In this document: positions 50,296-57,028 of the stretch, piece by piece
Layout of the letters: every line of letters starts with the position of its first letter
Position numbering within the stretch: the stretch's first letter is position 1
Position numbers and translations under genes: made by a program
The notes under the pieces: model-generated
What the model saw: only the letters and a program-made list of their open reading frames with translations
What the model was told of the DNA's origin: nothing
Databases searched by the model: none
Source: Hydrurus foetidus
Lineage: Eukaryota
NCBI GenBank assembly: GCA_900617105.1
Contig: UYFQ01000125.1
Span: forward strand, 1-57,028
Length of the DNA stretch: 57,028 bases
Direction of reading: 5' to 3'

Positions 50296-51866
50296 TGTTG
50301 GAGTATCCGGAGAAAAGACATTGCTGCAGTTGTATAGTATATGCGTGGACCCCGACCGTCAGCGGTATGTGCCCTGGGGGTGCAGATCGTGGACCGTTGG
50401 ATGTTTGGGCTCATAGAGCCATTCATTCATCTATCTTCAACTTGGATAGAACCATGTGCAATTGCGTTGATATGTAAAGCTTCGTTGCCGTCTTGATTGA
50501 TGCCGGTGCACAAGTTTAATTATCAAGTAATACACACTACAAGTCTACTTTTACGAGCCTTGGGTCACCGGTCGCACAAGTCACAAAGCATCCGGGCTTC
50601 GAGAAATCCCAACATAATTAAACTAGATCAGCGCATCGAGATGCCGCCGAAGAAACAAGAAGAACCAAAGTCAGCTGCAGAGCAGTGCATGCTGAGAATC
50701 GGACGCTACAACAACATAGTGCAGTGGAGGGAAGACATGCAGAACGAGGCATGCGGCCTGTACGGTATGACAGGCACGTTCTTCACGACCAACGAGAGTT
50801 ACGTCCATCCGTATCCTCGAGAGGAGGATTACAATCCCACCTTTCAAACGGTGGAAATCGATACCACGACGCGGGTACCGAAAATGAAGACGAGGACGAC
50901 GACGAATCCGTGAACCTCGAAAATGTCGAGATCGGGCCACAGCTCCCACCAGCGCCTCCTGTAGTGTACTCCGAGGCACTAATCGACAGACTGCGAGCCA
51001 ATGCGTTTGAGGGACGCCGTAAGGCAGTTGAAACGCAAAAGCTCTTTCCGCTTATGTGGTCGAGAATGTCGACAGGGTCGAAGTCTAAGGTGCGAGAGGA
51101 GCCAGGCTTCGAACAGGCACGCCTAAGATTGGACAGTGTGAAACTGTGGGAGTACATCAGAAGGAGTCACCGAACACGCATTTATGGCGAGGATGACTCG
51201 ATGAGAGCAATGAATGTGCACGAGCAGACAAACAGGTACAACTACCTCAGACAGGGTGAGCGAGAGGTAATCGGCGACTTCAAGACGCGCTTTGATAACC
51301 AGGTATCGGCCAACAGAGGTGTGGGCATGGCAGATGTGGAAGAAGTGATTAGAGCAATCGACTTCCTCAGTAAGTTGGACCCAAAAAGGCATACCGATAT
51401 GTTGACACTGATGCGTAACAACGCTGTACAAAACCTGCCGAATAGCTTCCCTTCCACCTTAGCCGGAGCATACAGGGTGGCGTCATCCTGGACCAGCTCG
51501 GGCGGAGCAGTCCCCCTTTGCGCCGAGCAACATTCCGCGTTCCTGACAGATTCTTTGGTAGGCACAAAGGAAAAAGTCTCGGGAAAGGGAGCAAAGGGGA
51601 AGACTGCAGGAACGAAGAAGAAATCATCGTCAGTGATCTGTTTCGTATGCGGAAACACAGGACACTTCGCCAGAGATTGCGAACAACGCAAGGATTCGGA
51701 GCATGCGATGCTCACCAATGTCGAGGAGGACATCGAAAAAGATGACGAGAGCATAGGAGCAGCATTCGTCACGACAGACGAGTTCGCCCTGTTCACTCGC
51801 AGTCATGTGCTGCTAGATAACCAGGCGTCTGTAAACATATTTTGCAATCCGTCATTGCTGACGGAT
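50296..51866 (+). mobile_element. Family A copy 2, 3'-truncated (5' LTR 50296-50614, gag from 50641, ends inside protease)
   Basis: Closely matches 1-~1585; same PBS TAATTAAACT at 50615-50624; homology stops after VLLDNQASVNIFCNPSLLT. Confidence 0.95.
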
Positions 51867-54189
51867 TGCACGTACGTATGTACGTGTGTACGTGACCATA
51901 CAAGTGTACGCTATGCTACATGCGTGCGTACGTACGTACATATTGACCATGTACGTGCATGTGTAAGTACATGTGTGTGCGTATGCATATAATAATTTGT
52001 ACTAACATATGCACGTACGTATGTACGTGTGTACGTGACCATACAAGTGTACGCTATGCTACATGCGTGCGTGCGTACGTGCGTACGTACATATTGACTA
52101 TGTACATGTGTAAGTACATGTGTGTGCGTATGCATAAATGAGTATGCACTAACATGTGTAAGTACGTGTGTACGTGTGCATGTTATCATATCTGCATGTG
52201 TACTTACATACGTACGTGCCGCATAACGTACATGTATATATTTGTAACTATATTTGCAACTACATTACTACAGACATAGCTTGATAGAATCAAGTGGTCT
52301 GACACTCCCCGTAGTGAAGATGTAGTGTAAAATAATGCATGTTTACTTATGAGCTACCTTTATAATATTAGAATTAACATAGTATATGTGTGATCAAGAC
52401 AAATACAATATTAAAACATAATTAGTATAGTGCTCTTTAAAGATTTCGTCTCTGAGACTGATCTATAATTTGATTTAGAAGTTTATTAAATATTGGTTGA
52501 GAAACTCTTTTTGTACCAATATCTGAATTATTATCGCTTTAACAACTACGCAAGTACCATCAGCAACCTTCTCTTTGACCCAGTTTTCGGTGAGGTCGAG
52601 GTGCCGTAGGTTGCGTGTCATGTGTGCTGCCTTAGAATGGTATATACAGGCTTGGTTGTCTTCTTCAATAGAGGTTGGACCTTGGACCCATCCCATCATG
52701 TTTAGGATGCCTCTGTTGGCTATGACCTCTGCTTTGAGTGTGTGGTTGACAGCCTTGATTTCCGACTCTGCCGTTGATGTTGATATGCTGCCTTGGTCGG
52801 TGGAACACCAGCAGATAAGGTTACGGCCGAGGTATCCAAGATATGCAGTCTGGGAGTGGCTATTGTCGGGATTACCACCCAAATCTGCATCGCATTGAAA
52901 CCGGAGTTGGAGTAGCGTTGTCATAGTCTCGATGTCTCTGGGTCCATCGTGTCCATGGAACACTAGTCGATCACTTCGTGCGTACTTGCAGTACTGCAGT
53001 AAGTGTTTGAGGAATTTGATATGTCTGGGACCTGGGTTGTTACTATAACGGGACAGTACATTGAGTGCATACAGAATGCCGACCATGGTATGTACCATAC
53101 CGTGCATTAGTTGACCCACGACCCTCCTGTACGGGTACTTCATACACTGCATACGTTCCTCAGGGGTAGAAGCGTTGTCTAGTTTTGACAATGCAGGTTC
53201 TTGGTCCCCATTTGGGTATCGTAAGTGCATGTCCTTTGCACCAGATATATTAGCTTCTTTTATTATTGAACCAATCATGCGATGTTGATCCATATAATAT
53301 GTGCCATCTTCATCACGCTGAATACGAATACCAACGAACTCCTTGTCAGTTGCATCAGTGACTTCATACTTGTGTGCATTGAAGGTGGCGATGATCAGAT
53401 CCTATTCATCAAGTTTGTCCGAAGGACCAAACCATCTGAAGTCATCACTGTGACCAATGATAAGCATGGGTCTACCATCTGTGGTCCATTTAAAGAAGAA
53501 CTTGAGGTCCCAGGGTGTGTTCTTGTAACCACACTCGAAGATACAAATATCAAACTCAATGGAAAAGTTTTGCCCTGCAGGTGGGAATCCATAAAGATTG
53601 CCGACAGCCTGAAAGCAGAAACCGGGTGGGCAAGTGTATCCCTGCGGTGTCTTTATGTGCACCGGGAAGTTAACATTTGCTCTTGTAATGAGGTAAGCAC
53701 CAATGAGGTCACCTCCTTTCATTACTAGTCCATATGCTGCTGCAATGCTTAGTGCCATCTTGATGGAACACGATGATACATTTCCGCAGTATACGGCGTC
53801 GGGGTCGAAGTCCACGAGTGGTATCATCATATCTCCCCGTCCCACTAAACGGGCTTTTTTCGTACCGTCGGTTTTTATACTAAAAAGCCACATCATTGGT
53901 ACCAGGTGTTCGTCAATGTATGGTACTAATACATGTAAACATGAGTTCTTCTCGAATTTCTTTAATTCAGTATCTATTGCGTTTTTCCATTCAGGAGTAG
54001 CCATAGCTTTCCAGAATGATTTTGGCACATTTAGTTGATCGAAATTGATGAATATTTTTTCGTGATGACTTGCTTCAATCAATGAGAGAAAATGTTCGTG
54101 ATTTCTATCATGTGTAGAGTACCAGTAGACAGCATCGTCATTTTCAATGTTTTGAATTGGTGTATTAATACCAATGTCATTATCATCGA
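51867..54189 (-). mobile_element. Copia family C, older degenerate copy: RT-RNase H, PPT and truncated 3' LTR (51867-52304)
   Basis: Near-duplicate of 54933-57028. TGG>TAG stop at 53402-53404 and a 10-bp deletion near 52537. On the minus strand, PPT GGGGAG is followed by TGTCAGAC. Confidence 0.92.
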
Positions 54190-55233
54190 TGTAAGACTAA
54201 ATACAAGATGTCACCTTCTAGCGTTCGCAGCGAAGGTGAAGAAGCAGCTGCAGGCTACCGTTTCAATTCAGTGAGCTATCGAGTAGACGAAGCTGTGAAG
54301 TATAACGTATTAAATTCTGATTAGAGTTTACAGATAGCCACGCAAAAGAGCTATCGGAACAGTTCATGACAGTGAAACTACCTTGAGACAAAGTTCACAG
54401 CGAGATGTGTTGTTCATAGCATGTGCTTGAGGAACGTTGCATGAATGCTTATAGTAACGAAGTGTTTTGGCGATACTGAAGAATCATGAAAGGCGAACGT
54501 TCATTTGCGTGAGGTCAGAGGGTTCGTACTAACTGCTACATGGCGATAGTACAGGGGTACGTATGCGTGTATATGTATATGAACGTACATGCGTGATTAA
54601 CCACTATATGGCGATAATGCGGGTACATGTATGTAGAACGTATGGGTAAGTGCAAGAGTTATCCACGTATGTACACCTATATACATCTATGTACTACGCT
54701 ATTGGCGATCATTCATACGTACATATTAGGGCTATGGCATACGTAATGGCGGTACGTTGTGCGTAATGTGTATTTGTACTGGCTTGTATGCGTACATGTG
54801 CGTGTGCGTGACCATGCAAGTGTACGCTTTACGTGCGTATCTGCGTGCGTACGTGCGTACGTGAATAATGACGCATTACGTAATGTAGAATACAATGTGA
54901 TGCGTGTATATATAATAATTTGTACTAACATGTGCACGTACGTATGTACGTGTGAGCGTGACCATACAAGTGTACGCTATGCTACATGCGTGCGTGCGTG
55001 CAACGTACGTACATACATATGACTATGTACGTACATGTGTAAGTACATGTGTGTACGTATGCATAAATGAGTATGCACTAACATGTGTAAGTACGTGTGT
55101 ACGTGTGCATGTTATCATATCTGCATGTGTACTTACGTACGTACGTGCCGCATAACGTACATGTATATATTTGAAACTATATTTGCAACTATATTACTAC
55201 AGACATATCTTGATAGAATCAAGTGGTCTGACA
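54190..55233 (-). repeat. 3' LTR, family C, containing degenerate TACG/TGTA tandem repeats
   Basis: TG...CA ends with an imperfect terminal inverted repeat; its right part matches ~51990-52304. Confidence 0.85.
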
Positions 55234-55365
55234 CTCCCCGTAGTGAAGATGTAGTGTAAAATAATGCATGTTTACTTATGAGCTACCTTTATAATATTAG
55301 AATTAACATAGTATATGTGTGATCAAGACAAATACAATATTAAAACATAATTAGTATAGTGCTGT

Positions 55366-57028
55366 TTAAAGATTTCGTCTCTGAGACTGATCTATAATTT
55401 GATTTAGAAGTTTATTAAATATTGGTAGAGAAACTCTTTTTGTACCAATATCTGAATTATTATCGCACGATTTAACTTTAACAACTACGCAAGTACCATC
55501 AGCAACCTTCTCTTTGACCCAGTTTTCGGTGAGGTCGAGGTGCCTTAGGTTGCGTGTCATGTGTGCTGCCTTAGAATGGTATATACAGGCTTGGTTGTCT
55601 TCTTCAATAGAGGTTGGACCTTGGACCCATCCCATCATGTTTAGGATGCCTCTGTTGGCTATGACCTCTGCTTTGAGTGTGTGGTTGACAGCCTTGATTT
55701 CCGACTCTGCCGTTGATGTTGATATGCTGCCTTGGTCGGTGGAACACCAGCAGATAAGGTTACGGCCGAGGTATCCAAGGTATGCAGTCTGGGAGTGGCT
55801 ATTGTCGGGATTACCACCCAAATCTGCATCGCATTGAAACCGGAGTTGAAGTAGCGTTGTCATAGTCTCGATGTCTCTGGGTCCATCGTGTCCATGGAAC
55901 ACTAGTCGATCACTTCGTGCGTACTTGCAGTACTGCAATAAGTGTTTGAGGAATTTGATATGTCTGGGACCTGGGTTGTTACCATAACGGGATAGTACAT
56001 TGAGTGCATACAGAATGCCGACCATGGTATGTACCATACCGTACATTAGTTGACCCACGACCCTCCTGTACGGGTACTTCATACACTGCATACGTTCCTC
56101 AGGGGTAGAAGCGTTGTCTAGTTTTGACAATGCAGGTTCTTGGTCCCCAGTTGGGTATGGTAAGTGCATGTCCTTTGCACCAGATATATTAGCCTCTTTT
56201 ATTATTGAATCAATCATGCGATGTTGATCCATATAATATGTGCCATCTTCATCACGCTGAATACGAATACCAACGAACTCCTTGTCAGTTGCATCAGTGA
56301 CTTCATACTTGTGTGCATTGAAGGTGGCGATGATCAGATCCCATTCATCAAGTTTGTCCGAAGGACCAAACCATCTGAAGTCATCACTGTGAGCGATGAT
56401 AAGCATGGGTCTACCATCTGTGGTCCATTTAAAGAAGAACTTGAGGTCCCAGGGTGTGTTCTTGTAACCACACTCGAAGATACAAATATCAAACTCTATG
56501 GAAAAGTTTTGCCCTGCAGGTGGGAATCCATAAAGATTGCCGACAGCCTGAAAGCAGAAACCGGGTGGGCAAGTGTATCCCTGCGGTGTCTTTATGTGCA
56601 CCGGGAAGTTAACATTTGCTCTTGTAATGAGGTAAGCACCAATGAGGTCACCTCCTTTCATTACTAGTCCATATGCTGCTGCAATGCTTAGTGCCATCTT
56701 GATGGAACACGATGATACATTTCCGCAGTATACGGCGTCGGGGTCGAAGTCCACGAGTGGTATCATCATATCTCCCCGTCCCACTAAACGGGCCTTTTTC
56801 GTACCGTCGGTTTTTATACTAAAAAGCCACATCATTGGTACCAGGTGTTGGTCAATGTATGGTACTACATGTAAACATGAGTTCTTCTCGAATTTCTTTA
56901 ATTCAGTATCTATTGCGTTTTTCCATTCAGGTATAGCCATAGCTTTCCAGAATGATTTTGGCACATTGAGTTGATCGAAATTGATGAAGAGTTTTTCGTG
57001 ATGACTTGCTTCAATCAATAGAGAAAAT
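55366..57028 (-). CDS. Family C pol, RT-RNase H portion (5'-partial, intact frame)
   Basis: KKARLVGRGD, GDLIGAYL, NLYGFPPAG, HSDD, YPYRRVVGQL, CDADLGG, STAESE, EEDN, SDIGTK. Confidence 0.93.
   Translation of the reverse strand, partial: FSLLIEASHHEKLFINFDQLNVPKSFWKAMAIPEWKNAIDTELKKFEKNSCLHVVPYIDQHLVPMMWLFSIKTDGTKKARLVGRGDMMIPLVDFDPDAVYCGNVSSCSIKMALSIAAAYGLVMKGGDLIGAYLITRANVNFPVHIKTPQGYTCPPGFCFQAVGNLYGFPPAGQNFSIEFDICIFECGYKNTPWDLKFFFKWTTDGRPMLIIAHSDDFRWFGPSDKLDEWDLIIATFNAHKYEVTDATDKEFVGIRIQRDEDGTYYMDQHRMIDSIIKEANISGAKDMHLPYPTGDQEPALSKLDNASTPEERMQCMKYPYRRVVGQLMYGMVHTMVGILYALNVLSRYGNNPGPRHIKFLKHLLQYCKYARSDRLVFHGHDGPRDIETMTTLLQLRFQCDADLGGNPDNSHSQTAYLGYLGRNLICWCSTDQGSISTSTAESEIKAVNHTLKAEVIANRGILNMMGWVQGPTSIEEDNQACIYHSKAAHMTRNLRHLDLTENWVKEKVADGTCVVVKVKSCDNNSDIGTKRVSLPIFNKLLNQIIDQSQRRNL

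Larger units (their letters stand above)
54190..57028 (-). mobile_element. Copia family C, younger copy, runs off the window end
   Basis: Complete 1044-bp LTR 54190-55233 (TGTAAGAC...GTCTGACA, 7/8 inverted), PPT at 55234-55239, open RT-RH frame. Confidence 0.92.

Noticed and set aside
51867..52230. Cys/Val/Tyr-rich ORFs, including the tail of ORF 50685-51992
   Set aside because: Read-through into low-complexity family C LTR repeats.
1..57028. tRNA, rRNA or prokaryotic defence systems
   Set aside because: None recognisable by eye; the window is spliceosomal-intron-containing eukaryotic DNA. Small ncRNAs cannot be excluded without covariance searches.

Overview
Intron-rich eukaryotic nuclear DNA, probably a stramenopile/ochrophyte. 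This is inferred from the GT-AG introns, bipartite-looking presequences and diatom-CoDi-like Copia elements. Host genes: NSA2, a DJ-1/ThiJ protein, a ~16.5-kb multi-exon surface protein (BNR/Asp-box repeats, PTGQP stalks, TM helix), RFC3, DBP9/DDX56, a DUS3-like synthase spliced to a tRNA-binding OB domain, aspartate aminotransferase, and an intronless protein of 16.5 near-identical 40-aa repeats plus a RAP domain. Three Ty1/Copia families are present: A (1-5434 and a truncated copy at 50296-51866), B (36523-42134, identical LTRs, GAGAC TSD) and C (two nested copies, 51867-57028). There is also a 1035-bp non-autonomous TIR element. The strongest novel signals are: (1) the primer-binding positions of families A and B are perfect complements of their own LTR, suggesting Tf1-like self-priming; (2) family B joins gag to protease through an in-frame TGA-CTA stop, a readthrough context; (3) the repeat-RAP protein varies at only a few fixed positions, like a TALE/OPR code. 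All calls come from reading the sequence; no searches were run.
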